Under the pieces are notes generated by a model. That model did not search any database. It had not been told where the DNA came from and saw nothing but the letters and a program-made list of their open reading frames with translations. A DNA stretch of 60,501 nucleotides, filler included, from Bipalium vagum (Eukaryota): the NCBI GenBank assembly GCA_037834085.1. It is 3 parts of 3 records of this genome, joined end to end, with 100 filler letters (N's around TTAATTAATTAA, not from the genome) between each part and the next. Parts side by side here need not be neighbours in the genome. Positions count along the whole stretch, not along the records: positions 21,919 to 44,140 come from JBBMKC010225443.1; positions 44,241 to 60,501 come from JBBMKC010120059.1; 1 more part is not named here. One strand, written 5' to 3'. The position numbers and the translations under genes are program-made. This document shows, piece by piece, positions 37,810 through 52,900 of this stretch (the first letter of the stretch is position 1; every line of letters starts with the position of its first letter).

Positions 37810-39026
37810 AAGGGTGAACCAACCAAAATTCACACACTTGTCTGTCTGTATCCGTAAAATTAAATTAGCCAGAAAAATTAATATTCATCCAGATAGTTTG
37901 TCTTCTTTGTAAATCAATTCAAATTTATTTTAAAAAGCAATACTCATTTATATGAAATCAATGGGATTAGAAAACAGAAATATAATCTTACACAAATATA
38001 TGGAAAATAAAAATCTCAGTATCTGAGCAATTTCAAAAGCCCTGAAAAAACCTAAGTTAATGATCAGCGATGTCATCAAAAGGATCAAGGAGATATTAAC
38101 TATGAAAAGAAAGAGTAACAGTGGTGTTAGTCATGGTCCAGGAAATTAAGAACAAGGCTTAACAAGTCATTGTATGTTTTGCGAGAAATCCGAAAATGTT
38201 ATCTACATTGATTGCTCGAAAATTTTAAAAATCTCAGTCTTTTGTAAAGAGAGCATAAAGTAAAGATGGGTTAACAACATTAAAAGCACAAAAGGCATCA
38301 GATCGTGAAACGAAGCAAAATCAGATGATGAAATCTCGTTGTAGAAAACTATATGATCAAGTATTAAAAAAGTATGAATGTGTTTTCATGGATGACAAAA
38401 CATCTGTAAAATATTTAAATATATTGCTGGACAAGATTTTTACACACCCCCAACCCATCAAGGTAGCCCTGGTGATTAAAAATTCAAATACAAAAGAAAA
38501 TTTCCTCTTAATTTAATAATTAAAGGTCCCTTATTTGGCTTCACATCACTTCTGGTACGATGAATTCACAAATGTATCAAAAAGAATGTCTCCAGAAATG
38601 TTTACTATCATTCTTAAAGAGGCATGAAACAAATCCAGATATAGCAACCATTCATTAAGCAAAAAACACTATGAAGTTAATGATAATTGTATCCATTATC
38701 TACCCAAAGATTGCAATCCTGCAAACAGCCCAGAACAGCCTATTGATGAATATTGGTTAATTGTGAAAAGTTATTTATAGACTACTAATAAAAATGTGGA
38801 AACAATTCAGCAATTTCTGAAAGAATGGTTAGAGGCATCTCAGAAAGTCGATCAATACGTTGTGTAAAACTTGATTTAACATATTCGCAGGAAGGTTCGC
38901 CAAGTTGCATATAGCATTTCATGACATTATTTTTATGTAATGTACATTATCAGTGTTAAAATATATTTTTTAGTGATTAATTTTGTCATTTTGTTTTTAT
39001 AAACTAGTTTTGGTTGGTTTACCCTT
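37810..39026 (+). mobile_element. Tc1/mariner element, DD37E (ITmD37E/TRT)-like, defective, 1217 bp
   Basis: TA|AAGGGTGAACCAACCAAAA ... TTTTGGTTGGTTTACCCTT|TA. Motifs CVFMDDKTSVK and NPANSPEQPIDEYWLIVK. Confidence 0.85.
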
Positions 39027-40499
39027 TATTAAATGATTTTTCATCATTCTATCTGTTTAAAACTATGTTACAAACCTTGAAAACAATTTTCTTTACCAAA
39101 ATCTAGTATTTCATGCTAATTTTTTCCCTATTGATCTCATTAGATTCTTTCTGTTAATTTTTCCTTTTTTTTCCATCACATTGCTTAATGTGACCTTGAT
39201 GGTTTTCTTTAATTTTAATACCCATAGAAAGATGTTTTGGGATGAGAACGTGTATCTATGAGATTGGAAATAATACATTATATGACGTTTTAAATGTTAG
39301 ACGTCTGTTTTAAATTATAAATAAATACTTCATAATATATCCGTTACTGATCTTCTTTTTTTACAACTGTTTCTAGTGAATTTTTTAAAATTTAATTCCT
39401 TTCAAAAAAGATATGTTAAGGATATCTTTTTAAAGTCTTGTCTTTTATTTTCTCTGACATTTGAATTTTTTTTCCAATATCTTTTTCAATAATTATTAGG
39501 AAATTGCCTTCTTGATAATCTTTGATAAATCTATTTTCTCTCTAAATATGCATTCTTTATTAATTATTCTTTAATTATATCCAGCTGCATAATTGATATG
39601 TTCATAAAATATAAATATAATAAAATTATTATTAAATATATTATATTTTAGTTTTTTTAATATGATAAGCTCATAAGAGGCATATTCAAAATTGCTAAAA
39701 GGTTTAATATTATTCAGAAAAATGGTAAATTTTATAATTAAAAAAATTATTATTTTTAATAGATTATTCAAAAATTTTTGTTAAAATCATAATTAATATC
39801 GGAACAAATTTTGGTATTAATAAATAAAATTTTTAATTACTAATTAATGTCTACATAATGATGAAAATTAAATATTCCTTTTAGACATTGGAATTTCTCC
39901 TCTATCATTATTGTGTTATGATTTTTAATTTTAGTAAAATTTATAATTATATATTTTTTTAATTTCTTTTTATAAATTTTTAAAAATTGAAATTTTTAAT
40001 TTCAAAGAGATATTTCTTCTGTCACCCTTCCCTATTTTACAGAAAGAACTGTAAATTAAGTAAAAGATTTTTCAGAAAACTTTTATAACTTTTAATTTTA
40101 TATTTCTAGAATTTAAGAGTTAAATGAATAATTTTTTTCTTGAATTTTCAAACCCGTCTAATTTTATCGAATATTATTATTTCAAATTTTTTTAATAATC
40201 TGCTCTAAATATTTTAACTTTTAATTTATTTCAAATAATTATTTAATACTAATTTAATATTAACAATGTTCATTTTAATACAGGGTGTTTTTAAAGTAAC
40301 CCGGCGAAGTTTTTTAAATACAATATTATTTTGTTATGATGTTAAGTTTTTATATAATGATTTAGGTTATCGTCCATATCTGCCATTTTAGTTATTCAAA
40401 TTTCATTTTTAAAATATTTGTTTAAATAAAAGAAATGTGGGTTAAAATGTAAGTTAGATATTTCAGATGAAGTTAGTTAAATAAAATATATTTAGATAA

Positions 40500-40615
40500 A
40501 AATAATACTTATCTTAATATTAATAATACTTATTTTAACATAAATAATATTTATTTTAATATTAATAATATTTACTTTTAATATTAATAATATTTAATTT
40601 TAATACTAATAATAT
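40500..40615. repeat. AT-rich minisatellite (~21-22 bp unit TAATAATACTTATTTTAATAT, ~5 copies)
   Basis: Degenerate tandem units read directly from the sequence. Confidence 0.7.
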
Positions 40616-42517
40616 ATATTATAATATATATTATATATATAATAACTTAATATTAATGATTATTTTAAAAAGTATTTCTTGATTTTTTTTAAGTTGGAAT
40701 TTTTGTTCTTTAATAATACATTACTTTGTATTAATACATAAGAAATTTAATTTTTAATATTAAGTCAAATTATCACACATTGAGATTCATTTTATTAAAA
40801 GACATTTCGGAGATTTGGTTTTGACATTGAGATGGTAAATTGTTTGAACGTGATACGTATTTGTCACTTTCAGAAGTCTTTCAGAGATGATCTAATATTT
40901 AGTCAAATGCTTCTTACTCTTCATAAATTTTTATTCTTTTAAGATTTAAGAGATTTTTTCAATTTCAAAATAATCCTTTCTAATACTGATAGAATTTTCT
41001 GTTTATCCTATTGTCGAAACTGTTCTTAATAAATGTTACTGGCATTAGAAAACGTTTTAAAATACTTTTGTTTATTATTAACGAATTTCGGTTTGATTTC
41101 GGATTGAATATCATAATTTCTCGTTGGGAGAATGAAAGGAGTCTATTGAATATTAGAATATTTCCCTTAATGAAAATTTTCAATATAATTGATTCATTTA
41201 TGTATTTATTCAAAAAATAATGTTAATTTTTTTGTATTTTATTTATATTTTCAAGAAAAGCTTTCAAAGATTTCTTTTATTAAATAATCTCTCTTTTATA
41301 TTCTTCAACCTTAAAAATTTCAATTGTAGTTGAGTTGTTTTATCAGGAAAGGTGATAAATATAATTGATTTTTTTTATTAAAATTTATTTTTATATTGAA
41401 TATTTTTATGTAACATTTATTCAATTTGATAATAAAAAAATCATAGTTTTATTTGTGATATGAGATATCGATTAATGCTGTCAATGAAAATCAATTACTG
41501 TTGTGGTTTTCAGTATCAGTGACAGATGATTTTGGGTTGCGTAATATTTTAATTATTTGTTTTAATAATTACCTCTGAAATGATTAACATTAAAATAATT
41601 TACAATTATTAGTACCATTTTATAATAATAATAAATTTTTCCTTTTCGTTTTTATTTTTATTGTGATATTTATGGAACTATGTTACCTTTTTAAACGAAT
41701 TATAAACCGTAAAACATGCATTTTTTAACTGTTTGATTATTTTAATTTTCTCTATTATTAAATCATACTATTAAATTTAATCAAATAATGAATTTTTACA
41801 ATTAGAATTAATTAGAACATAATTAGTAAAAGGACAAGAAAAAAATAAAGCCTAATAACTATGGCAATTTTTTTTATTTTTTTAAAAATATATTTTGACT
41901 TTTTGGACTCTTTTGTCTTTGTTTAATTTTATAATAATATTATTAAATAAATATATTACTTAAACAAATGTATGATAAATAAGGATAAATTTAAAATATT
42001 TTCTAATTAATTGACTTTTTTTAAAAATTGACTATTTGGAATACGATTGACTTTCTTCACAAAAATTGCAATATTAATAACCAAAGTTTAATGTTTCATA
42101 AAAAATTATTTCTTAGGATAAGAAAAAACCAATGTGATTACATTTATTAATTTGATTTTTTGAAACACGCCATCTTCATAGAATTTCAAAGTTGTTATAT
42201 TATCCTCTAATTGACAAACCTGCTAAGTTTTCCGATTAGTTCTCAATGGCTAATTCTCAAGGTTACAATTCTCAGCTTAAGAAATTGAAACAGAGAAAAC
42301 AATTTTAAATTTGTAAATATTTTATTTATTTTTGAAAAATAGAAATATTAACAGATTAAAGCAAGCATAATTTCTTGACATACTGTATTTTGTGTTGACT
42401 AACGGATGATCATCCCATGACAATAAGATGGAAAATATAAATAAGATTTAGAGTTCTCATTTTTCTTGACTTGGTGTTCAAAATGTCACGATATCATATT
42501 TAATCAGTTTTTACTTT

Positions 42518-43507
42518 TAGTAGAGGCGGAATTAATCGGGACACTATAATTAAATTGATTTTATTATTTTTTAATTAGGTATTTCAATTTTTATTTATAT
42601 TTGTTGTTTGGTTTAAGTAGTTTTATTTTTAAAATCTATAATTAAAATATTATTATAATAGATTTTCAAATTTTATTTTGATAATCTTGAATCTCTTTGA
42701 AAATAGATCACAGAGGAATATTCAATGTCAGTTAAAAATGCCTCTGTCAACTATAAATCACTTAGTGATACTTTACAAGCAAACTGGATCAATAAAAGCT
42801 AGACGAATTGGAAAATGCGGAAGAAAACCAAGGTTTTCCAGACCAGATATTAGAAAAGTAATTCGCGATACCAAAGCAAATCCTTAGTGGACACTTAAAG
42901 AACTTATAGCTAATATTTATAATCTAGGGTTGCCCATCATTTCTAAAACATGCATGAATGACATATTGTTAATTAAAGAAAGTCGTCCATGCATCTAAGC
43001 CCTTCATAAAAATAATTATCAAGTAATCACATTTTGTAGCTCAAGAAGTTGAAACAATAATTTAAAGATTGGGCGGACCTAGATTGGCGAAAAGTAATAT
43101 TTTCTGATGAAACATGCATTGTAGTGTATCTTATAAACAAAGATTCTCAATGAATTACTAGCAATTATGCACTTCAAATTGTCAAATTTCCTTTGAAAGT
43201 TATGTTTTGATCTTGCATGTGATGGTATGGTCCTGGGCGCATTTATTTAGTAGGTACAATGAATATTATAATATTACGAAAATATAATAAATTGTCAGTT
43301 AATTTATCAAGATAAAGATTGGTATAGTGATGTGAACATTATAGACTATCCACAAGATGGCGCACCCTATCACATTGAAAAATCACAATGACATGTCTTA
43401 ATAAAAATAAAATTTTTCTAGCTTTTTGTTTGTAATTAATGTTGTATTTGTAAATGTAATAAGATGATACAAAAATTATTGGCTCCAGATTAATTCCGCT
43501 TCTACTG
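42518..43507 (+). mobile_element. Tc1-like element, internally deleted
   Basis: TIRs (T)AGTAGAGGCGGAATTAATC / GATTAATTCCGCTTCTACTG|TA. HTH SQRNIQCQLKMPLSTIN, GRKP, DWRKVIFSDET, QDGAPYH. Confidence 0.88.
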
Positions 43508-44081
43508 TATGTACATCATCTGGTGATCTCAATGAAAATTTTTAATTAGTTGTATATTTTCCATTTTTCCGTAGAAAATAAATAATAAATTATTATTATT
43601 ATTAATTTTTACTATTAAAATTTAAATAAATAATAAATATTATGATTAGATTATAATTAATAAAAAGACTAGAAGATTAAAAATAACAAGGCTTAATAAT
43701 CAAATTTTAATGTTTCATACAAAATTATTTCTTTAATTATATTTTTACTGAAAGTTATTTTTATAATTAATAGAAAAAACAGTTTCCACCTGACATTAAT
43801 ATGATAAAAATAATATATTTATCCTTAAAACACATTATTCAAAAGGTTCATACATTGATAAAAGTTCAATTTATCAAAATATCATGAATTATACACTGTA
43901 CAAAATATATCAAATAAAATATGATTAATTTATTTAGACATTGCAAATATATAGATCAAACATCACCTCCGATAAAATAAAATAGAACACTTAATGAATT
44001 ATAGCTAATTATTAAGTCAAAATTGAGTATTTATTTATAATATAAAGTCTTAATGAAAAGATTTTTTACAATAATTATTCA

Positions 44082-44082
<1 letters not shown>

Positions 44083-44140
<58 letters not shown>
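44083..44140. repeat. (TTA)n microsatellite at contig end
   Basis: Direct reading; abuts the spacer. Confidence 0.95.
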
Positions 44141-44240
44141 NNNNNNNNNNNNNNNNNNNNNNNNNNNNNNNNNNNNNNNNNNNNTTAATTAATTAANNNN
44201 NNNNNNNNNNNNNNNNNNNNNNNNNNNNNNNNNNNNNNNN
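44141..44240. other. Artificial contig-joining spacer
   Basis: Same N44-TTAATTAATTAA-N44 structure. Confidence 0.97.
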
Positions 44241-44288
44241 ATAAATCAATAATTTTTTATTTTAAATAAAAATTGACATGCATGCGAT

Positions 44289-44289
<1 letters not shown>

Positions 44290-44325
<36 letters not shown>
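44290..44325. repeat. (AAT)n microsatellite
   Basis: Direct reading. Confidence 0.9.
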
Positions 44326-44328
<3 letters not shown>

Positions 44329-45804
44329 TAATAAAATAATATTTTAATTATGAGAAATTATTTGATGAGTATTAATATTAAATAATAATAACAATAAACT
44401 CATTTCATCACAGTAAAGCTAAAAGTTTTTTACAAAAATTTCAAATTTCATTACAGAAAACCGAAATTTTTTTTAGAAATATTCTTTGATTTTAGATAAT
44501 GTTTAAGTTTCATTTCATCCGGCAAAAGTACATTTGCTTAGAGAGCAGTTAAATTCTATTTTTTCCTTAATTTCACATTATAATTAAATAATATCAAACA
44601 TAATACATGTATATTTTTATATTTGTAAGAGTACTCGAACCAGACGTAATCTATCACTTCATTATTAATTTACTTAATTCCGTCTTTCCCTGAGATATTC
44701 CTTCGGAAAATCGAAAAACAAATCTGCGTAAGAAGTAAGAAGGAAGAAACAGGTTGACTCGATATTGATGTCACATAAAAACCTTTTAACTTATTGAGTA
44801 AATATAACACTTTATTTTGTTATATTATATTAATAGTTATTATGATGATTGCATAATATAATTATAATAATTACTTTACGTTTGTGATATTTTCTATTTT
44901 TATAATTTGAACATTTCTGTTAATTTCACTTGAGTTAATTGCGATAAATAAATAAATTTATTGATAATCATTTAAGAACGTTTTGTTTATATTATTATCC
45001 TATTGGTGTTCGTTTAGATATGGAATATTATTATTTTAATGATAAAAATCACAGACAGCTTTTAATTATTATCGGAAAAATTTTGCTCATTTGTACAGTT
45101 TTATTCTCATTAATAATTAATGGAAAAAAATAATATAAATCACAAAATAAATATATCTTTATATTATCTCAATCACGAATAGTCTAAGTAATCGAATGAG
45201 AACTTTACCGCGTTTTCTATACACTGTATAGGCTGTGAAAATATATTTTAAGTAATAATTAAAAAATTGAACGATATAAAGAAAAAAATGATAGACCAGA
45301 TTGGTTTTTTTTTAAATTAATTTTTTTTATTATTTTTAATTATTTATTTATATTTTTTTTCATCATTAAGAAAAATAAAAAAACCTTTATCGATTTAATT
45401 TAAAAAGCTAGAAAATCAAATTAAAAAGTAATTCATTCAAACAAAACAAGACTAAAAGAAATTATAAAATTCACGATTTTAGAAATTTAATTTAATTTAC
45501 CAAAAGCCTTACCTTTCTAAATCTAATCAACAGAAAAATTATAAATTTTTTCGATATAGAAATTAGTTTTTCTTCAAAAATATTTTCATTTTGATTTTTA
45601 ATCAAATCATAATCATCTGATCATTTTCTACTAACACAAAAGGAAATGGTTCTTGATCGTCCCAGGAAGCAATTAATAATAATAGAGAACCTGTAAAGTA
45701 ACATGGTCTATAATGTTAATGCTAATTGATAATTTTTGCTAAGGTTATTGTAGTATAAGTGAATTTCAGTTATATTAAATTAAAGTTTATTATATTTAAT
45801 ATTA

Positions 45805-46333
45805 CCATAATTTCTTGCTTGTAAGCCGAACTCATGAAAAAGCCACTCTAAAAAACCAAAAATATAAAATTTTACGTAGATAAGCCAAATAGAAAGATTG
45901 AATGGTCAATGGGTATCATAAATTTATGAAGTCTAAATCAATGAAAATGGCTTCTTACGATGAAATATTCCAATGGATCGAGGAATGTTGAAAGGAAGTA
46001 ACATTAGATTGCAATAAAGATGGATTTATATGAGAATCACCTGACGAAATGGAAAAAACTATGATATCTTATGCCACGGATAGTGGCGGATCTGAAGATG
46101 AAACGGAGTGTGACATTCCAGATTCTTTATATAGTTTTTTTTGATAACTTTAATACGAGATCTGATGAGGAATTTGGCGTTTTTGATAATTAAATAAATT
46201 TGTTTGTTACATAATTTTTATGTTACAAATCTACGTAGATAAGCCGAACTCATGGATACGCCGTTGTGTGAGTTACCCTGAATTCTTCAAATTTCCTATA
46301 GATAAGCCGCGGCTTTTAAGCAAGAATTTTGGA
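45805..46333 (+). mobile_element. Non-autonomous pogo-like element (~530 bp)
   Basis: Inverted ends AATTTCTTGCTTGTAAGCCG / CGGCTTTTAAGCAAGAATT. Internal repeated TAAGCCGAACTCATG and TACGTAGATAAGCC. Interior WIEEC*KEVT plus an acidic tail typical of pogo C-termini. Confidence 0.7.
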
Positions 46334-46933
46334 TAATTTTTTGAACCTTTAATAATAATAAATGTTTTAAATAGGTTTCATTATTTTTCCGTAACAAGAA
46401 TATTTAAAACTTTTTTAAAATTATCTTTAATTATTTATCTTTTTATTTTAATTATCTTTTTATTTAATTTTTCATTATTTTTGAAAAAAAAATATTATTT
46501 ATTATTGAACTTTTAGATTAATAATTTTTAATATATCTTATAGATGATCAAACATCACTTATCAATTGAAAGTAAATAAATTTATATTTAATTATTATAA
46601 TATAAATAATAATATTTTAATGTAATTGGTAATTTTTAAGTAATTTTTTTTATAATAAAAATAATTGTTAAATATAATTTTCGGCAATTTTATGAATTTA
46701 ATAAAACATGTGTAAATTATTAAAAATAATAAAAAAATAATAAAATTAATAATAAAATAAAATAATAATAAATAATATTATTATGAATAAAAAAATTTAA
46801 AATAAAATAATAAAAATGTATTTTTTATTAAACTAAATTATACAAATTTCTATAATGATTATTCACAAACAATTGTAAAATTATCTCAAAAAAATAAAAT
46901 AAATAAAATTAAGAAAATAAAATATTACATGTT

Positions 46934-49900
46934 TCATAATTTCTTATTAATTCCTCGAGAATACTTTGCGTGAAAATCATTACATTTGCCAATTTTCAGA
47001 ATGTTTAGAAGATAGTTTTTAAAATGTGAATTAAGAAAGAAATAAACGAAAAAGTTTGAAGAATAACAAGTGAGGGAGAGTATCATTGTAACGGATCTAT
47101 AGAGCTCATGTGTTGGACAATCATTGAGAAACGTTAGGTTTCTACAAGGACTTATATATCGATATATCCCAATGTAAGCAAACGCATGAGGCACCTGTCC
47201 GATCAAGAACAACAGTATTATGACAATCAAGAGAACGGTTAGTTTGTATTGGGATTTCTGCTTTCGTGAAAGGAGAACAAGCCTGTTTTTAATTTTCGGA
47301 CTCAAAGAAGAAGATTCGCCACTTGTCATTTCTGATGGTTTATCTTTATTATAATTTAACTCTTTCGACCATCTCCTTAACGTTTTAAAGTACATATTAT
47401 TTCTTTTCATATAACTTTGATTTCTTTTGTAAACTATTGAGAAAAGAAGACCGTTGAAAATACACAACAGGAGTAAGGGAAAGAGTTGCACCACTCCGAA
47501 ACGAGTCCATGAATGAATGGGATAAAAAACGGAATCCAAAATCTGTCGCTTTCTTGCATAAACGACCGGAATGGATTGGTTTTTTTTATTGACCTCTAAT
47601 TTTATAACGGTTTCCGTTAAGAAAAAAAACGGCATATTTATTATGGTAGTCAATATGACGATTAGGACGATTAGTTTTTTTGTATTTTCAAACGTGATAT
47701 ACAAGCGAGACTTGATGAAGTCTTTCATGGAGATATAATGTTCAATGGCCAAAGCTAACGTTATCCAACAGGACATGTTTTCAGTTATATTTGTTACGGG
47801 CACTTCGACGTATAAGACAAACAAATAGAGACGAAATCGAACATTGGGAACTTGACAAATCGGCATCATTTCACATCTGAAAAGAAAATTAAATTAATTA
47901 TAAAACAGTATCATTTTAGGACTTTTTTGTGAAAGATGATTTTCTAAAGAAAAATTTATTAAAATTCTTTTCAAAATCCTTGTCGACCTGTGTATCTGGT
48001 TGTACGCAAGGTGGTGGGAAAATTCTAAAGGGACATCCGCGTTTTTTAATCGATAATGAAAAGAATCGATATTGAACTACTATAAATAAGTTGAATAAAT
48101 CTAAATTAATGAATTTATTTTAAATGGATAAAGGTTTTTAATAGGAGATAGACATGAAATGTGAGAGTTTCACGGAAATTTTCTGTCGAGTATGTACTAT
48201 GATTCAAATTATAACCTTACACCAAAACAATGTGTAAATGGACTTCCTTAGCCTCTCGGAATGAAGCACAATCAAAGAACTAAGTTTACTTATGGATAAT
48301 AGAATTCAGTGCGGACGAAGATGCCTGGCAGACGAATTTTGGGAGACTAGTCTCAGTCATTGTTAATGTACTTAAAATGATTAAAAATGTTTGATATACC
48401 ACAGAAAATGAAAATAAGGCATTCATTGGTATTAGCACGAAACCAATTGAAACCATTTTCTACGACAAGATAGAGAAGCCTTGCAGTTGTTGAACCCCAG
48501 AAAACATGAAATTTGAAATAAATGAGATAAATGGTGCTAAGGTGTTCCAGAAATTTAGCAGACTTATTAAAATTTAATTTACATCGCCCTTGATGAGAAA
48601 CTGTGAATTTATAAGACTTCGAAAGTAAACAGTAATTCGCTGATTGTGTATTAAAAAGTGAATCGATTATGTTATTATTATGACTTTGACAAATTTATAA
48701 AATCAAAGATCTGTCAATGGTGAACGCTATATAACAATTTGCTTACCATATGTGATTTCAAAAATTAGAGAGAGCAATCGAAATTGAAAGATTACACTTA
48801 ATCATAGCCACGTCTCCTCTCAGACCATTGATTTCAAAAATAGGTTCGATCTCCTGCCAGTGTATTGACTTTAAAGGCGATTATTTTGAGACACAAATAA
48901 TATATTTTGATTTGGCTTGTTTGTTCAAATACTAAAAAAATTTCTCAGAGTCCATATCTAAGACATAATTTTTCTAATACAGTTCTTTGAATTGTAATAA
49001 AAATTATGTATTCGATTTTTATCACTGAAATGAAATGAGATAATTTGCAGATTCATCAGATATTCTCCTGAAACCAAATTTACGATTTCCGGAAAAAATT
49101 TTTACCATTGTAATTTTATGTTTTTTTTACAAAATGAGACGTCAAAATGTCGTTTCAAACTTTTTCAATTTCCGTGGCAAACTTTTTTCCTATTGTACAA
49201 TTTTCTTTACATGAGAATATATTGGTTATAATAATAATTAATCAATTTTTATAACCACTAAGTTACAACAACAATAACGAATAGCAAATAATTTTTATAA
49301 AACCTCAATGAACAAAAAACAAAACCACCTTGTTTCTAGTAAGGCCTTGCTTTTTATTCTCATTGTTTTTTCTTATTTGTTATTTTAATTTTATTTAATT
49401 AGTAAGTTAAGAATTTCGCCATATTCAATCCCCGTTTAACATCGAACTATGAAAAACGATCAATTTGTGAAACCTATTGAATGGTCGCTATAAGCGATAG
49501 ATCATGTCAGGATTGGGTTAGAAATTTTTGAAGTAATGATTTTGAAGTTTCGGATAAGTCAAGAAAATAAAGACTTTAAGTTTCATTAGTAAAACATACG
49601 TACTGGTGACATTTATCAATTTTACTTAAAGATATTTCCTTTAACCATTTACGAAAGTTGAAAAGTGAACCATCTTTTCTTTGGATGTTTGATATAGTTA
49701 AGAAACTTTTAGGCAGCATGAAAGATATGGTAATATCTCTTATGAAATTTCTCGATTTGTGATCGATGTTGATCACATTTTTTCATCATTAATGGAGATT
49801 GAAGATTAACCAGAACCATCATTATTTCAAATGTTTTCTTATTTCTCGACACATCTTTTCATCCATTTCTTAATTATATACATGTTATCATTAAGACGTT

Positions 49901-52900
49901 GGGAAAGTTCACTGAATTATTCAATACTTTAATGTACCTATAAACTTCATAATTTTAAATTAGAAAATAACTAGTAAAAAAATTGTGAACCTCTCGAATT
50001 AATATATAAAAATTAAATAATTTTTTTGTTGATTTTTATTAATTCCGTAAAAAAATCATGTCGCCGCTCTGCGTACCCCAATAGCCAGTGTAGACTCATT
50101 GCATAATAAAATCTACATTACGAGCAGATGATCACAACGCTTGTCTCAAAAGCAGACCATGTTGTTTCAATTTCTTTACAAAATCGAGAAATAGTTACTG
50201 CGCAATGGTATACAACAATATGTTTGCCAGAAATAATTTTAGATCTTTGAAGAACAAACATGAAACGGAGAATCATTCTTCATCACGACAGTATAGAATT
50301 ATTGTCTCAACATATAGAATTATTGGGTCATTCAACATATAGTCCATACTTAAGTCCAAACGGTTTTTTCAAATTTCCAAACATCAAGAATAAACTTCGT
50401 GGTCAACGATTCAAGTAACCGGAAGAGACAATCGACATGTTCAAAATTAAAATTTTGGATGTTACCACTGGTGAGTGGAATAGCTGCTTTCACAATTGGT
50501 TTCAACGCACGGAAAAGTGTATAAATCTTTGTAGAGAATAAATTGAGAAGCAAAAAAATATTTTCAGTCTTTTTTGCATTATTTTTATGTCTCCATGCAA
50601 AACTTAAAAGACAAGCCTCGTATTAATCATACGTATCATAATATTTACATTGAAATCAAAAGATAAGACATACGAAATACCAAAATGACTTCGTTGGGTG
50701 GTCTATACATGATGATTTATTTGTAATAGTAACAAAAACATTCTTCAAACTTTTGTTGTCTCCAGAATAACAAAATGATTGACAATATGTGATGGATATT
50801 GATTAATAATATTTTTAAAGAAAAATATAAATAAATAAAATTTTAAAAATAAAATGATTATTAAAAGGAATTATATATTTTACAGTTTAAATTGTCTTTA
50901 TTGATAGATTTACTCAATTTCATTTTAATATGTTCATAAAACTGTCGTTTACATTTTATATAAAATAATTTTTCATTTCAATTTTTAATCGATTTTGTTT
51001 GAAACGAGTAAAAATGTACATTGAATAGAAAAACTATTTTTTCTTCAAGGGAGTTTGAAAAGTTATTTCCATGTAAAGAATAGGAAACAGGTGTATAAAC
51101 CATTTTAACGAGGTAATTTATCAAACAAGCTAATATACAAATGTTCACCACTGAATCTATGAAAATAAGTAACAAAAAACTGAAAATTATTTACAAATGC
51201 TATTGAAATTTAATCTTAATTATATAAACATTTTTTAATTTTTGATATTTCTCTATCTAAAAAGTGAACCTTTTGCAGTCTGAAAAATGTATAAATTGAT
51301 TCATTTTTTGTATTCATGTTTTTTTAAGAAAAACTGTTAAAATTTGCAAATTTAATAAAATAAGAAAAATAATTGAAAAAATAATTAAAAATTGAAAGAG
51401 CTTGAAAAAAAGGATAATGGTAAAAAATAAAATAAAAATAATAAAATCAATAATATTAATTGCATGTTTCACTCTTATTTATTACTTAAAGACATACATA
51501 TTAAAATTTTAATTAATTAATGACACAAAATTGGAAATCAATGTCTATCAAATTGTAACAATGCTGGTCCAGAAGAAATCAACCCCTTCTTTGTGTTCTT
51601 TAAGCTTGTATATAAGTACCATTTCTCATCTTCTGTGATGATTAGACGAAGAAACTTTTCTTTGTGGTCGCATATTACTCGGTGCCTGACAAAATGTTAA
51701 GCCTCAAATTTTAATCCACTTTCTTTGATTTTATTGTTCAGCTGATATGGCACATAAGAACCAACTTTTTTACCATATACTTCTGATTTAATGTGACGGA
51801 AAACTTATATTAGATTGGCATTCATCTTTTTAGAGAAATCCCTACATGTTTGACGGCATTCCTCTTTCAGCAGCGCGATCAATGATCGTCATCTGAATTG
51901 GATGAACGACAAATAAGTGGAGTGTCTCGAAGAAGTGTCCAAACCAAAACAAGTTTCCCGTACACATCACAAATTTCTTGCACCGCTTCTGCAATTTTCT
52001 TACTTGGATTAAAATAAAAAAACAATATATTGAGAAAAAGTTTATATACTAAGTTACGTGGGGCATATCAAGAATTTCGCGCACATACCTGTATTTATTA
52101 ATCAACAAGCAAAGGATATCTCTATATGTCATATTCCACATATATAACCATATATTCGCCGTGAGTGATAATGTAATTATCCCACCGTTCCTCCAGTTTT
52201 TAAATTTTTTAATCATACCATTCAGGGATTCTCTACACCTACCTTAATATAACGTTCACTCAAGAAATGAGCACCGCGGAGGAGATCTTTCATTAGATAA
52301 AATAGGTGGTAATCATTTGGTTTTACATCTGGAGAATACTTTGCGTGTGAAAGCAATTGTCCCTTTAGTTCACGGATATTCGCCATCGAAAAGTTTAAGG
52401 TGTTGACATTGACATTGCATTGGAGCAGTAAGTTTGGGAGTACAGCTTTTCTAGACGAATTCCTGGCAACCTGTGGTGCACAATTTGAAGTAAATCTCTG
52501 TTAAAGTCATCGTCGATCTTCATTCAAGAGGGATAGCACACGAGCAACAGTTTTATATGAAGTTGTTATGAATAATGCACCACTACATGTTTCATCTTCA
52601 AGTGATTCCCTACCGGACGCAAAACGCGTCATTCATCTGCTCTCTGTGAATTTGAAGGTGCATTATCTTCAAAATGTGTTTTTAGTTGATCATCATCCAC
52701 AGTAACTGATAAGCCATCTTTGTAGAGAAAATGAATGGTTACACGCCATTGTTCTTTAGAAAAATTGCCCATCACTAAAATGATGACAGCATTAATGTTC
52801 GGAGGTCCACTAATAAGCAATACCAAAATGAATCCTGTACAAGACACACACTTAGAAAACTGGGTTACACAACTCATATGTTAATTTTATTAATAGTTAA

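Noticed and set aside
40500-40615. CRISPR-like repeat array
   Set aside because: AT-only tandem units with no unique spacers, eukaryotic context and no cas genes.
40760-41220. Small gene or neuropeptide precursor on the minus strand
   Set aside because: No signal peptide, repeated amidated peptides or consistent splice structure.
44624-44809. Possible solo LTR (TGT...ACA), similarly ~24753-24858
   Set aside because: No matching target-site duplication, partner LTR or PBS/PPT visible.
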